This document shows, piece by piece, positions 20,298 to 34,100 of a stretch of DNA of 64,000 nt. Both the position numbers and the translations under genes were made by a program. The notes beneath the pieces were generated by a model. That model had not been told where the DNA came from. It did not search any database and saw nothing but the letters and a program-made list of their open reading frames with translations. The stretch is from Squalus acanthias. Taxonomy: Eukaryota. How positions within the stretch are numbered: position 1 is the stretch's first letter; each line of letters begins with the position of its first letter. The DNA is taken from the NCBI GenBank assembly GCA_030390025.1, contig JASTWF010000360.1, forward strand, positions 248,001 through 312,000, given 5' to 3'.

Positions 20298-21009
20298 GTG
20301 GTGGGGGGGCAACCCTGCTGTCAGTGACGGCCTGAGTGATGTACTCCCACATCGTTCTTTCTGGAGGGCCTCCTGGCCCCTGTGGGTAGAGGCTCCACTC
20401 TTGCGGTGTTGACCCCCTGCACAAAACTGGAGTGCTGCGTGCGAGACCCTGGGTGCCCCTTCCCTGGCTTGCTGAGCCATTGGTGTGAGTGCTGAGGCAG
20501 TTTTCCCATTTGTTGAGGTTAGGAAGGTAATTCAGCTTGAACAGCTGAATGTTCACATTTGGAACTTCTTTTCAATGTTGAATATTTCTTAAAAGGCAGA
20601 AAGGGCTGAAAAATGTATTGATTCAATGCATTTTATTTTGTACTGTTTCAGTGTGCATGGCCCCTTTAATTCTCAGGTCTCTTCATTGCCCACAATTCAA
20701 TGCGAACGCCACAGCCTCACTCCCAGAGGCTGTGGGAAGCTGCAACGCCAGACCTGGACAGGAACTTTGTCCCGATCCCTCCAGCAACGCCACCAGGACA
20801 GCATTGCACGGAAGGTGAGTGCTGTGCCACCTATCTCCACGCCCCCAGACCAATTTCACTCGCTTAGCGTTGCGGCCATTTCCAGCGACCATTAACTGCA
20901 GTTGTCGGGGACACTGGCAGCTTTGCTGTCGAAGACTAATTTTTCCCTCTATATCCCCAAGTTCTCGACTCTCCAGCCAGGGGAAATAGCCCCTCAGCAT
21001 CTACCCAGC

Positions 21010-22755
21010 AAGAATTTTATACGTTTCAATGAGATCACCTCCCATTCTTCTAAACTCCAGAGTAAATCGACTCATTCTATTCAAACTCATCTCAGGTCAA
21101 TCCCCCCATCCCAGGAATCAATCTACAAAACCTTTGTTGCACTCCCTTTATGGCAAGTATATCCTTCCTTAGGTAAGGAGACCAAAACTGTACACAATAC
21201 TCCAGGTGTGGTCTCACCAGGGCTCTATATAATTGCAGTAAGACGTCTTTACTCTTATACTCAAATCCTCTTGTAATAAAGGCCAACATACCATTTGCTT
21301 TCCTAATTGCTTGCTGTACCTGCATGTTAAATTTCAGTGATTCATGTACAAGGACACCCAGGTCTCTGAACACCAATATTTACTTGTCTCTCACCTTTAA
21401 AAAATATTCTGCTTTTTTCTATTCTTCCTACTAAAGTGGATAACTCCACACTTCTCCGCATTATACTCCATTTGCCACCTTCTTTCCCACTCAGTTAACC
21501 TGTCTATATCCCTTTGCAGCCTCTTTGTGTCCTCCTCACAGCTTACTGTCCCACCTAGCTTTGTATCATCAGCAAACCTGGATACATTGCACTCAGTCCC
21601 TTCATCTAAGTCATTGGGCTGGATTTTGCCAGGCCCGAGGAGGCGGGTTTGGAGGCGTGTGAGGTGTTAAAATTGCAAAAAATGGCGGGCGGATCCGATC
21701 CCGCCTCCATCCCGCCTCTGAGCAATTTTCCCACATTCGCGGTTTCAGACCCTGTTTCCATCCCGCCTCCAAGAGGCGGGATAGGCCCTTAAGGCCCTTA
21801 ACAACCAGTTAATTGCCTCTATAATCCCATTTTGAGAGGCCTTTCTGAATTTAACACATTTCTCCAGTGCTGCACGTCTCCTCTGGAACACGCCAGTTAA
21901 TCCTGGTGGCCTCACAAGTGGATTGCTTACTAACAGCTGCAGCTCCACCATTGAAAAAGAGTTTTCACCAATGATCATTTGCAGGTGGCAGAACTTTGTT
22001 GTCTCAGGTCTGGGGGAACTTTTAGCAGGCCTACTCATTGTTGTGGAAGTTTGGAGCCTGACACCCATCTCCAGTGTGACCTCCTGGGAAATCCCTCTCC
22101 CCACCTTGACTGAGCGCTTCCTCAACCCATCCTTTCCACGGAGGTTGCCATCCTTTCCGTGGTAATGGGTAAGAGTGCAGGGGTGTAAGGGTGAAGTGGG
22201 ATGTGGAGGAGGAGGTTGACAAAGCAGAGTGCTGGTGATGAGAGGCGATGGGGATCAGATTGAGGGTGATGGGAATGTAATACTCACTTTTCCTGTGCGG
22301 AGAAGGTCATGAAACCTCTTTCTGCACTGCAGCCAGGTTCTGCTGCACATAGAAATAGCATTGACCTCCTGTGCCACTTGCAGCCAAACAGCTTTAGTCT
22401 GTTGTGGAGGCTTTTTCTTCCCTGAGGAAGGAAAGAGCACCGCCTTATTTGCTCTTGCTCCCTCCACCAGAGCTTGGAGGGAGGCCTCATCGAATCTGGG
22501 TGCACACTTTGGTCTGGTGCTGAACATACTTGCAGAAGGAATCCCTCAGAAGAATGGTCATAAAGTTGTAAGGCTGAAAAAGAAGCAAGGCTGCTTGCAG
22601 GCCTTAAATCCAGCTGCATAGATGACGTCATCGGAGGCGAGTTTCAGTATGAAAAGGCTCATTGGGCCAGGGGTTCCCACAGGCTGGAAATCAGGCTGGC
22701 AAAATCCAGCCCATTGATGTAGATTGTGAATAGCTGAGGCCCAAGCACTGATCCT
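21010..22755 (-). mobile_element. Degraded CR1 fragment interrupted by a Harbinger element
   Basis: RT C-terminal motifs at 21092-21376; the sequence resumes at 22713 after the insertion. Confidence 0.85.
21616..22712. mobile_element. Non-autonomous PIF/Harbinger DNA transposon with Myb/SANT remnant
   Basis: 17-bp perfect TIR GGGCTGGATTTTGCCAG, 3-bp TSD ATT. ORF 22255-22527(-) PRFDEASLQALVE...W..VA.EVN....RTW.QCRKRFHDL is Myb/SANT-like. Confidence 0.88.
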
Positions 22756-22767
22756 TACAGAGTCTTA

Positions 22768-24177
22768 GGGGGCGATTTTCCCAGCCCCCAGGAGGCGGGT
22801 TTGGAGGCGGAACAGTTGGCAAAATGGCAAAAACTGAGGGCGGGTTCGGAACCCGCCTCCAACCCGCCTCCGCCCAATTTTGCCGGAGGCGGGTTTGATG
22901 GGTGCGATTCGGTCCCGCCTCCATCAGTCGAGAGAGGTAGTTAAGATCCTTAAATAGTTGTTAAGGGCCTCTATAATTTACCACATTTTCAGCCTGTTGC
23001 ATGACCCTCCTAAACTACGTCAGCTAATCCTGGCGGGTTGACAAGTGGGTGGCCTCCTCACAGCTGCAGCTCCACCATTGAAACGGAGCTTTCATCAGGG
23101 AGCAGTTGCAGGTGGCAGACTTTTTGTTCCAAAGGTCTTTCAGCACTTTTAGCAGGCCGACCGAAGTCGGAGGTTCTGCAGCTTCTACCTCTCAACTGTG
23201 GGACCTCCTTGGAAGACCCTCTCCCCGCTTGGACTGAGCGCTTCCCCAACGGAGGTATCTGCCAGCAGCATGGGAACCATTTATTTCCTTTCATCGTGGA
23301 CCTCAGGTGAGGATGAGGAGCATCCACGGCAGCAGCAGAACCAGGCAGTTCAGCAGCAAAAGCAGCAGGAGCCCCAACCTCCTGCTCACCCACCTGATGC
23401 TGCACAGGGCAGAAGGCGCCAGCGCATGGAAGCACATCGTGCAAGGAATGCACTCATCCTGGCCAGATTTGCATAGGTTGCCCATTGTGACACATGTGCT
23501 TGACTCCTTCTTAACGCATGATAGACAATGGACAAGACTCTCTGGCCTCCTTTCACTCTGACCACCAACCTGACCACGCAAGTGTCGCGGAGCCTGCAAT
23601 GTGGAGCTGCCTAAGCCAAAATAACAGATGCCATCACACCAACAGTTTTGCCATCACCTAATTTTAATACATTCCCACAGGGATCGCATTTCTTCAATAA
23701 ACAGAAACAATCACCCAATCTGCACACAGATCTGGAGGTTATATCCCTTGCCAGCTGGACCCACACAGCCTTGGTTTCTTTGGGAGGCCTCTTCCTCCCA
23801 GATGAGGGGAAGAGTACCTCTCTGCTAGGTCTCACCCCCTCAACCAGCATACCCAGCGCCTCATTCGAGAACATCGGGGAGGCCCTTGCCTTGGAGCTGG
23901 CCATTCTTCAAGGAGATAACAGCTTGGAGATGGTGCAGCATCGAGCAAAAACCAGTGGAATGAGCCAAGGCAGCAAGCAGCCCTTAAATGAAGCTGGATA
24001 AGTGACGTCAGCAGAGGCGAGTTTCAGTCCCAAAAGACTAATTGGCCCAGGGGAACCCTCACCTCTGAAATCAACTGGCCAATTAGGGGAAAATAGCAAA
24101 TTTTTCCCATCTCTCAGTGGAGGCGGGTTTGGAACCCACCCAAACCGAAACCTGCCTCCATTGGGAAAATCTCACCC
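22768..24177. mobile_element. Second Harbinger-like non-autonomous element with Myb/SANT remnant
   Basis: Imperfect TIR GGGGGCGATTTTCCCA / TGGGAAAATCTCACCC. ORF 23611-23904(-) PMFSNEALGMLVEGV...KAVWVQLA is homologous to the neighbouring element. Confidence 0.8.
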
Positions 24178-26237
24178 ACAGAGTCATAACGGCACAGAAG
24201 GAGGCCATTCGGACCATCGAGTCCGTGCCGGCTCTCTGTAGAGCAATCCAGTCAGTCCCATTCCCCCGCTCTATCCCCATAGCCCTGCAAGTTTATTTCC
24301 CTTGTAAGGGTTTCTGACCGTCTCTCAGCCTGTGAGATTCGTGTGGCTCTGTGCAGCCTGGATGCTAGTGCGGGTTTAGGCCTTATTGCCTGTTCTGGTC
24401 TCCAGCCAGTCTGGGAGCACTAGACACACCTGTGAGTGGTTCGACCCACTCGCCCTTACGGTTCTAGACACTGGACTTAGATGCGAGAGCAGTAATGGAG
24501 ATGAAACTCAGGTAGACTCGGTTGAATGGTACGAAATGGAAAATCTTTATTGCATAATACTTAAGATTACGAAATACATGTCATAAGCACAGATTCATGA
24601 CAGTACAATCTTACACGCAGTTATGTAACTAATTTCAAGGAAACGAGGAACGAACGACACACCGTAAATGGGGGCACACATTACAATTATCCTTAATACT
24701 TGAAACCCTCCCCTATCAATATCTGTCCTAGCTAGATTCGTAGGATTCGAGACTCATGCTCACCACTCGTGATAACTCGGAGAATTCCGAAAACTCTGAT
24801 CGGATGTTTTTCACCGCAGCACCCACGTGTCGATCAGGGGGTCTCCTGGCCCCACTTGTTTACTCGTTCTGCTCCGGCTAGCAGGCTGGAACGTCTGCTG
24901 TCATGAAGATCTGTGTTGTCCTCGGAGTTCCAACTCTACTCAAAAAAGAGTCTTCCTGTGCCCTCGCACTGGTTCGATAAAACTCGAAGAAGAGTCTTCC
25001 TGTGTCAGTTCTGTAGAACTCAAAGAAGTCTTCCTGGCAAGGAAAATGTCTATTCGACCTACAGGCGCGGTCGGGGCTTACTGACCGTGGCGATAAGTAT
25101 GGTCTTCTTCTCTTCTCATCTCATCTCATCTCGGGCCTTCGGTTCCGACACCGTTTACCGACTTATCGGAATGGTGCGCCCGCTTCAAGGCTTCAGAGCC
25201 CAGTTCTACACAGGTCTTCGCGACCCGACACGAGGTAGATCCGAGCGGATCATAAAGTTCAACAGTCTTTTGAAAAGAGACACGAGGCAAGCAGGAACAA
25301 GACGGCGAGTCAAGAGCACAGGAGCAGCCACGAGGATGAACACCAGCAAGATAAGAGGATAAGAGAGAGATGGACGGTTTGAGCTTGTAATTATAGTACA
25401 AAATCTTCCGTTTCCCGCCCAACCTTAATGTCTTTTCCTTTTGTTAGGGTTTGGCGCTCAAATGTCTTGTATAGGGTGATCTCCGTTTTTAATGGGTTTC
25501 GGGGCTACTCGTAAATGTCTGAGTACCTGTTAATATTTCTCCCATTGTTTAATCGGTCGGTGTTCTCCCTGGAGGGGTTTTGGGGCTTCCAAGTGTTTTC
25601 TGTAACTACCCGCTAACGGCTCTCTCATCGTAGAGTCGTTGGGATTTTACATATTAATGTCTTTGGATGGGTTCTTGATTACTTGGTACAATAGCTTTCA
25701 TTCGTACCTGGGAGACCGATTTCAGTATTTATGTGTATACTGTAAACCCATGATGTCTTGTGTATTATCTTCAATGTGCTGAGTCTTAATCGATCTTGCA
25801 CAAATGTTTATTGGAACGCCATCTTGTCTGCCTGTTGAAAAGTCTAGAATGTTCCGCCACGAGGTGCGGCGGCCATTTTACAAGCTGCTTGTGTCCACTT
25901 TGAAACCTGACAGCATTCTGCTGAAATAAAAGCTGTTTGAACGAAACTCTGTGTTTTTCTCCTTATTAATAAAATCGCGATATATTGCGAATTCTACACC
26001 CTCAAGTGCCTATCCAGTCTCCCCTTGAAAACATTGAGTGTCTCCGCTTCCACCACTTCCATCGGCAGCAAGTTCCAGGTCCTCACCACTCGCTGCGTAA
26101 ATAGGTTTTTCCTCACATCCCCACTCTACCTCTTGCCCAAAACCTTCAATCTGTGTCCCCTAGTCCTTGTACCATCAACCAGTGGGAACAGCCTTTCCCC
26201 GTCTTGCCCATCCAAACCTGTCATAATCTTGTACATC
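24178..26237 (-). mobile_element. CR1 3' end split by a solo LTR
   Basis: 24178-24302 plus 25999-26237 align with the uninterrupted copy at 59299-59655. Confidence 0.88.
24303..25998 (-). mobile_element. Solo LTR of the same retrovirus family (diverged subfamily)
   Basis: Reverse-complement homolog of 3283-4903, TG...CA ends, 4-bp TSD CCCT. Confidence 0.95.
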
Positions 26238-27200
26238 TCAGTACTGAGGAAGCACTGAGCTGTCGGAGGGGCAGTACTGAGGGAGAGCTGCACTGTCGGA
26301 GAGACAGTGCTGAGGGATCGCTGCACTGTGTGAGGGGCAGTACAGAGGGAGAGCTGCACTGTCGGAGGGGCAGTACTGAGGGAGCGCAGCACTGTCAGAG
26401 GGGCAGTACTGAGGGAGCACTGCACTGTCGGAGGGGCAGTACTGAGGGAGCACTGCACTGTCGGAGGGGCAGTACTGATGGAGCGCTGCACTGTCAGAGC
26501 GACAGTACTAAGGGAGCACTGCACTGTCGGAGAAGCAGTACTAAGGGACTGCTGCACTGTCGGAGGGGCAGTACTGAGGGAGCGCTGCACTGTCGCAGGG
26601 GCAGTACTGAGGGAGCGCTGCACTGTCGGAGGGGCAGTACTGAGGGACTGCTGCACTGTCGGAGGGGCAGTACTGAGGCAGAGCTGCACTGTCGGAAGGA
26701 CGGTACTGAGGGAGCGCCGCACTGTCGGAGGGGCAGTACTGAGGGAGCGCTGCACTGTCGGAGAGGCAGTACTGAGTGAGCGCTGCACTGTCGGAGGGGC
26801 AGTACTGAGGGAGCGCTGCACTGTCGGAGAGGCAGTACTGACGGAGCGCTGCACTGTCAGAGGTGCCGTCTTTCGAATGAGACATTAAACCGAGGCCCCC
26901 GTCTGTCCACTCAGGTGGACGTAAAAGATCCCACGGCCACTAGTGGAAGAAGAGGAGGGTGGGGGGTTCTCCCCAGTGTGCTGGGCCCAACGTTTATCCC
27001 TCAACCAATAACACTAATAAACAGATGATCTGGCCGTTTATCACATTGCTGTTTGTGGGAGCTTGCTGTGCAAAAATTTGCTGCCATGTTTCCAACAGTG
27101 ACTACACTTCAAAAAGTGCTCCATTGGCCGTGAAGCTCTTTGGGATGTTCTGTGGGGGTGAAAGACACTGTATAAATCGGAGTCTTTTTTTTTCTTTTCA
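26238..27200 (+). mobile_element. Deu-domain SINE (SacSINE1-like) with an internally expanded 33-bp minisatellite (26238-26860)
   Basis: (GCACTGTCGGAGGGGCAGTACTGAGGGAGCGCT)n runs into GGTGCCGTCTTTCGAATGAGAC...TCAGGTGGACGTAAAAGATCCCA, which I recognise as the Deu core. Confidence 0.8.
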
Positions 27201-27774
27201 TTAGCGCCCAAGGGACTGAACCCCAGCGAGTTGATGGTGACTTCAGAAATAAGTGGGGACAAATGAGTGGGAAAAAAAAATATTAAAGGGAACCTTTGTT
27301 TCTCTGGGACCCAAGTACAGACAAGAATATTCTTAGTTTAGGTGCAGGTGCCTTGTAAATATTTAACACAGTTTCTCTCAACTCGTGTTATAGATTCCTG
27401 AGCCGGTTTGTGGACAGGTGGCCCAGCCTTTCCACATTCTTGCCTTCATATTTCCACTCAGCAAACCCTCTTAAAATCTGTCCCGGCGATCCTGTGAAAG
27501 TATCCCTAAGCCATCGGAAATAGTCCGATTTTACATCCACTGTTTCGGCTTTCTGCTGGTGAATGTGTTAGTAGAGGGGTATATGTGTGTGTCTTCTTAG
27601 TTATAATTCACCCCTCAAATCAATGGGGTTCACAACGTTGAACGTCAGACGTCACAGATTTATTAAACATACCATAATTCGACACAGACAAAACAGCAAC
27701 ACTTACGACCAAACCTTGCGAGTTTAGTCGGAGGATTTAAACGCGTTTACAGTCCTGAGCTCACAATATATTTG

Positions 27775-28140
27775 AGGTGCATCTCCCCTTGTCCCTGATC
27801 AGTAACATGTCCGCTCGGTCACCGAGACTGCCTACTTCCATCTCCGTAACATCGTCCGACTTCGCCCCGCCTCAGGTCATCCGCTGCTGAATCACTCATC
27901 CGTGCCGTTATTACCTCCAGACTCGACGATTCCGATACCCTCCTGGTCGACTTCCCACTCGCCACCCTCCATAAACTTGAGGTCATCCAAAATTCTGCTG
28001 CCCCGTATCCTAAATCGCACCAAGTCCGGTTCATCCATCACCCCTGTGTTCCTTGATCTACATTGGCTCGCGGTCTGACAATGCCTCGATTTTAAAATAC
28101 TCATACTTGTTTTCAAATCCCATCATGGTCTCACCCCTCC
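27775..28140 (+). mobile_element. L2-clade LINE RT C-terminal fragment
   Basis: Decayed TAYFHLRNI...SRLD.S...IQNSAA...ITPV...LHWL coding sequence; it runs directly into the 37-bp array. Confidence 0.8.
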
Positions 28141-31100
28141 CTATCTCTGTAATCTCCTCCAGCCCTTACAACCCTCCCTATTGCTGTAACCTCCTCCAGC
28201 CCTACAACCCTCCCTAACTCTGTAATCTCCTCCAGCCCCTGCAACCCACCCTATCTCTGTATCCTCCTCCAGCCCCTACAACCCTCCCTATCTCTGTAAC
28301 CTCCTCCAGCCCCTACAACCCTCCCTATCTCTGTACCCTCCTCCAGCCCCGAGAACCCTCCCAATCTCTGTATCCTCCTCCAGCCCCTACAACCCTCCCT
28401 ATCTCTGTAACCGCCTCCAGCCCCGAGAACCCTCCCTATCTCTGTAACCTCCTCCAGCCCCTACAACCCTCCCAATCTCTGTAACCTCCTCCACCCCTAC
28501 AACCCTCCCTATCTCTGTAACCTCCTCCAACCACTACAACCCTCCCTATCTCTGTAACCTCTTCCAGCCCCTTCAACCCTCCCTATCTCTGTAAACTCCT
28601 CCAGCCCTACAACCCTCCCTATCTCTGTAACCTCCTCCAGCCCTACAACCCTCCCTATCTCTGTAACCTCCTCCAGCCCTACACCCCTCCCTATCTCTGT
28701 ATCCTCCTCCAGCCCCTACAACCCTCCCTATCTCTGTAACCGCCTCCAGCCCCTACAACCCTCCCTATCTCTGTAACCTCCTCCAGCCCCTACAACCCTC
28801 CCTATCTCTGTAACCTCCTCCAGCCCTAAAACCCTCCCTATCTCTGTAACCACCTCCAGCCCTACAACCCTCCCTATCTCTGTAACCTCCTCCAGCCCCT
28901 ACAACCCTCCCTATCTCTGTAACCTCCTCCATCTCTACAACCCTCCCTATCCCTGTAACCTCCTCCAGCCCTACAACCCTCCCTCTCTCTGTAACCTCCT
29001 CCAGCCCCTACAACACTCCCTATCAATGTAACCTCCTCCAGCCCCTACAACCCTCCCGATCTCTGTAACCTCCTCCAGCCCTACAACCCTCCCTATCTCT
29101 GTAACCTCCTCCAGCCCCTACAACCCTCCCGATCTCTGTAACCTCCACTAGCCCTACAACCCTCCCTATCTCTGTAACCTCCTCCAGCCCCTACAACCCT
29201 CCCTATCTCTGTAACCTCCTTCATCTCTACAACCATCCCTATCCCTGTAACCTCCTCCAGCCCTACAACCCTCCCTGTCTCTGTAACCTCCTCCAGCCCC
29301 TACAACCCTCCCTATCTCTGTAACCTCCTCCAGCCCCTACAACCCTTCCAATCTCTGTATCCTCCTCCACCCCTACAACCCTCCCTATCTCTGTAACCTC
29401 CTCCAGCCCCTACAACCCTCCCTGTCTCTGTAATCTCCTCCAGCCCTTACAACCGTCCCTATTGCTGTAACCTCCTCCAGCCCTACAACCCTCCCTATCT
29501 CTGTAATCTCCTCCAGCCCCTGCAACCCACCCTATCTCTGTATCCTCCTCCAGCCCCTACAACCCTCCCTATCTCTGTAACCTCCTCCAGCTCCTACAAC
29601 CCTCCCTATCTCTGTAACCTCCTCCAGCCCTTCAAACCTCCCTATCTCTTTATCCTCCTCCAGCCCCTACAACCCTCGCTATCTCTGTAACCTCCTCCAG
29701 CCCCGAGAACCCTCCCTATCTCTGTAACCTCCTCCAGCCCCTACAACCCTCCCAATCTCTGTAACCTCCTCCACCCCTACAACCCTCCCTATCTCTGTAA
29801 CCTCCTCCAGCCCCTACAACCCTCCCTATCACTGTAACCTCCTCCAGCCCCTACAACCCTCCCTATCTCTGTATCCTCCTCCAGCCCCTACAACCCTCCC
29901 TATCTCTGTAACCTCCTCCAGCCCCGACAACACTATCTATCTCTGTAACCTCCTCCAGCCCCTACAACCCTCCCTATCTCTGTAACCTCCTCCAGCCCCT
30001 ACAACCCTCCCTATCCCTGTAACCTCCTCCAGCCCCTACAGCCCTCCCTATCTCTGTAACCTCCTCCAGCCCCTAAAAACCTCCCTATCTCTGTAACCTC
30101 CTACAGCCCCTACAACCCTCCCTATCTCTGTAACCTCCTCCAGCCCCTACAACACTCCCTATCTCTGTAACCTCCACCAGCCCTTCAACCCTCCCTATCT
30201 CTGTAACCTCCTCCAGCCCCTTCAATTCTCCCTTTCTCAGTAACCTCCTCCAGCCCTGCAACCATCTGAGATCTCTGTAAACTTCTCCAGCCCCTACAAC
30301 CCTCCCTATCTCTGTAACCTCCTTCAGGCTTACAACCCTCCCAATCTCTGTAAACTCCTCCAGCCCCGACAACGCTCCCGATCTCTGTAACCTCCTCCAG
30401 CCCTACAACCCTCCCTATCTCTGTAACCTCCTCCAGCCCTACAAGCCTCCCTATCTCTGTAACCTCCTCCAGCCCCTACAACCCTCCCTATCTCTGTAAC
30501 CTCCTCCAGCCCCGACAACCCTCCCGATCTCTGTAACCTCCTCCAGCCCTACAACCCTCCCTATCTCTGTAACCTCCTCCAGCCCCTACAAGCCTCCCTA
30601 TCTCTGTAACCTCCTCCAGCCCCTACAACCCTCCCGATCTCTGTAACCTCCTCCAGCCCTACAACCCTCCCTATCTCTGTAACCTCCTCCAGCCCTACAA
30701 CACTCCCTATCTCTGTAACCTCCTCCAGCCCTACAACCCTCCCTATCCCTGTAACCTCCTCCAGCCCCTACAACCCTCCCTATCTCTGCAACCTCCTCCA
30801 ACCCTAGACCTCCCTATCTCTGTAACCTCCTCCAACCCAACATCCCTCCCTATCTCTGTAACCTCCTCCAGCCCCTCCCTATCTCTGTAACCTCCTCCAG
30901 ACCCTACAACCCTCCTTATCTCTGTAACCTCCTCCTGCCGCTACAACTCTCCCTATCTCTGTAACCTCCTCCAACCCTACAGCCCTCCCTATCTCTGTAA
31001 CCTCCTCCAGCCCCTCCCTATCTCTGTAACCTCCTCCAGCCCCTACAAGCCTCCCTATCTCTGTAACCTCCTCCAGCCCCTACAACTCTCCCTTTCACAG

Positions 31101-34100
31101 TAACCTCCTCCAGCCCCTACAAAACTCCCTATCTCTGCAACGTCCTCCAGCCCCTACAACCCTCCCTATCTCTGTAACCTCCTCCAAACCTAGACCTCCC
31201 TATCTCTGTAACCTCCTCCAGCCCCGACAACCCTCCCGATCTCTGTAACCTCCTCCAGCTCTACAACACTCCCTATCTCTGTAACCTCCTCCACCCCCTA
31301 CAAGCCTCCCTATCTCTGTAACCTCCTCCAGCCCCTACAACCCTCCCTATCTCTGTAACCTCCTCCATCTCTACAACCCTCCCTATCTCTGTAACTTCCT
31401 CCAGCCCTACAACCCTCCCTGTCTCTGTAACCTCCTCCAGCCCCTACAACCCTCCCTATCTCTGTAACCTCCTCCAGCCCCTACAACACTCCCTATCTCT
31501 GTAACCTCCACCAGCCCCTACAATTCTCCCTCTCTCAGTCACCTCCTCCAGCCCTGCAACCATCTGAGATCTCTGTAACCTTCTCCAGCCCCTACAACCT
31601 ATCTCTGTAACCTCCTTCAGCCCTACAAAGCTCCCAATCTCTGTAACCTCCTCCAGCCCCGACAACGCTCCCGATCTCTGTAACCTCCTCCAGCCCTACA
31701 ACCCTCCCTATCTCTGGAACCTCCTCCAGCCCTACAAGCCTCCCTATCTCTGCAACCGCCTCCAACCCTACAGCCCTCCCTATCTCTGTAACCTCCTCCA
31801 GCCTCTCCCTATCTCTGTAACCTCCTCCAGCCCCTACAACCCTCCCTATCTCTGTAACCTCCTCCAGCCCCTACAACTCTCCCTTTCTCAGTAACCTCCT
31901 CCAACCCCTACAAAACTCCCTATCTCTGCAACGTCCTCCAGCCCCTACAACCCTCCCTATCTCTGTAACCTCCTCCAACCCTAGACCTCCCTATCTCTGT
32001 AACCTCCTCCAACCCTACAGCCCTCCCTATCTCTGTAACCTCCTCCAGCCCCTCCCTATCTCTGTAACCTCCTCCAGCCCCTCCCTATCTCTGTAACCTC
32101 CTCCAGCCCCTACAACCCTCCCTATCTCTGTAACCTCCTCCAGCCCCTACAACTCTCCCTATCTCTGTAACCTCCTCCAACCCTACAGCCCTCCCTATCT
32201 CTGTAACCTCCTCCAGCCCCTCCCTATCTCTGTAACCTCCTCCAGCCCCTACAACCCTCCCTATCTCTGTAACCTCTTCCAGCCCCTACAACTCTCCCTT
32301 TCTCGGTAACCTCCTCCAGCCCCTACAAAACTCCCTATCTCTGCAGCGTCCTCCAGCCCCTGCAACCCTCCCTATCTCTGTAACCTCCTCCAGACCCTAC
32401 AACACTCCCTATCTCTGTTATCTCCTCCAGCCCTACAACCCTTCCTATCTCTGTAACCTCCTCCAGCCCCGACAACCCTCGCTAACTCTGAATCCTCGTC
32501 CAACCCTACAACCCTCCCTATCTCTGTAACCTCCTCCAGCCCCTACAACCCTCCCTATCCCTGTATCCTCCTCCAGCCCCTACAACCGTCCCTATCTCTG
32601 TATCCTCCTCCTGCCCCTACAATCCTCCCTATCTCTGTATCCTCCTCCAGCCCCCACAACCCTACCCTATCTCCTTAACCTCCTCCAGCCCTACAACCCT
32701 CCCTATCTCTGTCACCTCCTCCAGCCCTACAACCCTCCCTATCTCTGTAACCTCCTCCAGCCCCTACAACCCTCCCTATCTCTGTAACATCCTCCAGCCC
32801 CTACAACTCTCCCTTTCTCAGTAACCTCCTCCAGCCCCTACAAAACTCCCTATCTCTGCAACATCCTCCAGCACCTGCAACCCTCCCTATCTCTGTAACC
32901 TCCTCCAGCCCCTACAACACTCCCTATCTCTGTTATCTCCTCCAGCCCTACAACCCTCCCTATCCCTGTAACCTCCTCCAGCCCCTACAACCCTCCCTAT
33001 CTCTGCAACCTCCTCCAACCCTAGACCTCCCTATCTCTGTAACCTCCTCCAACCCTACATCCCTCCCTATCTATGTAACCTCCTCCAGCCCCTCCCTATC
33101 TCTGTAACCTCCTCCAGCCCCTACAACCCTCCTTATCTCTGTAACCTCCTCCTGCCCCTACAACTCTCCCTATCTCTGTAACCTCCTCCAACCCTACAGC
33201 CCTCCCTATCTCTGTAACCTCCTCCAGCCCCTCCCTATCTCTGTAACCTCCTCCAGCCCCTACAACCCTCCCTATCTCTGTAACCTCCTCCAGCCCCTAC
33301 AACTCTCCCTTTCACAGTAACCTCCTCCAGCCCCTACAAAACTCCCTATCTCTGCAACGTCCTCCAGCCCCTACAACCCTCCCTATCTCTGTAACCTCCT
33401 CCAAACCTAGACCTCCCTATCTCTGTAACCTCCTCCAGCCCCGACAACCCTCCCGATCTCTGTAACCTCCTCCAGCCCTACAACACTCCCTATCTCTGTA
33501 ACCTCCTCCAGCCCCTACAATCCTCCCTATCTCTGTAACCTCCTCCAGCCCCTACAACCCTCCCTATCTCTGTAACCTCCTCCATCTCTACAACCCTCCC
33601 TATCTCTGTAACCTCCTCCAGCCCTACAACCCTCCCTGTCTCTGTAACCTCCTCCAGCCCCTACAACCCTCCCTATCTCTGTAACCTCCTCCAGCCCCTA
33701 CAACACTCCCTATCTCTGTAACCTCCACCAGCCCCTACAATTCTCCCTCTCTCAGTAACCTCCTCCAGCCCTGCAACCATCTGAGATCTCTGTAACCTTC
33801 TCCAGCCCCTACAACCTATCTCTGTAACCTCCTTCAGCCCTACAACACTCCCAATCTCTGTAACCTCCTCCAGCCCCGAAAACGCTCCCGATCTCTGTAA
33901 CCTCCTCCAGCCCTACAACCCTCCCTATCTCTGTAACCTCCTCCAGCCCTACAAGCCTCCCTATGTCTGTAACCGCCTCCAGCCCCTAGAACCCTCCCTA
34001 TCTCTGTAACCTCCTCCAGCCCCGACAACCCTCCCGATCTCTGTAACCTCCTCCAGCCCTACAACCCTCCCTATCTCTGTAACCTCCTCCAACCCTACAG

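Noticed and set aside
27200..27775. Unique-looking segment with a minus-strand GTAAGT at 27706-27701 as a possible UTR exon
   Set aside because: No convincing acceptor, ORF or paralogous copy visible; cannot be supported from sequence alone.
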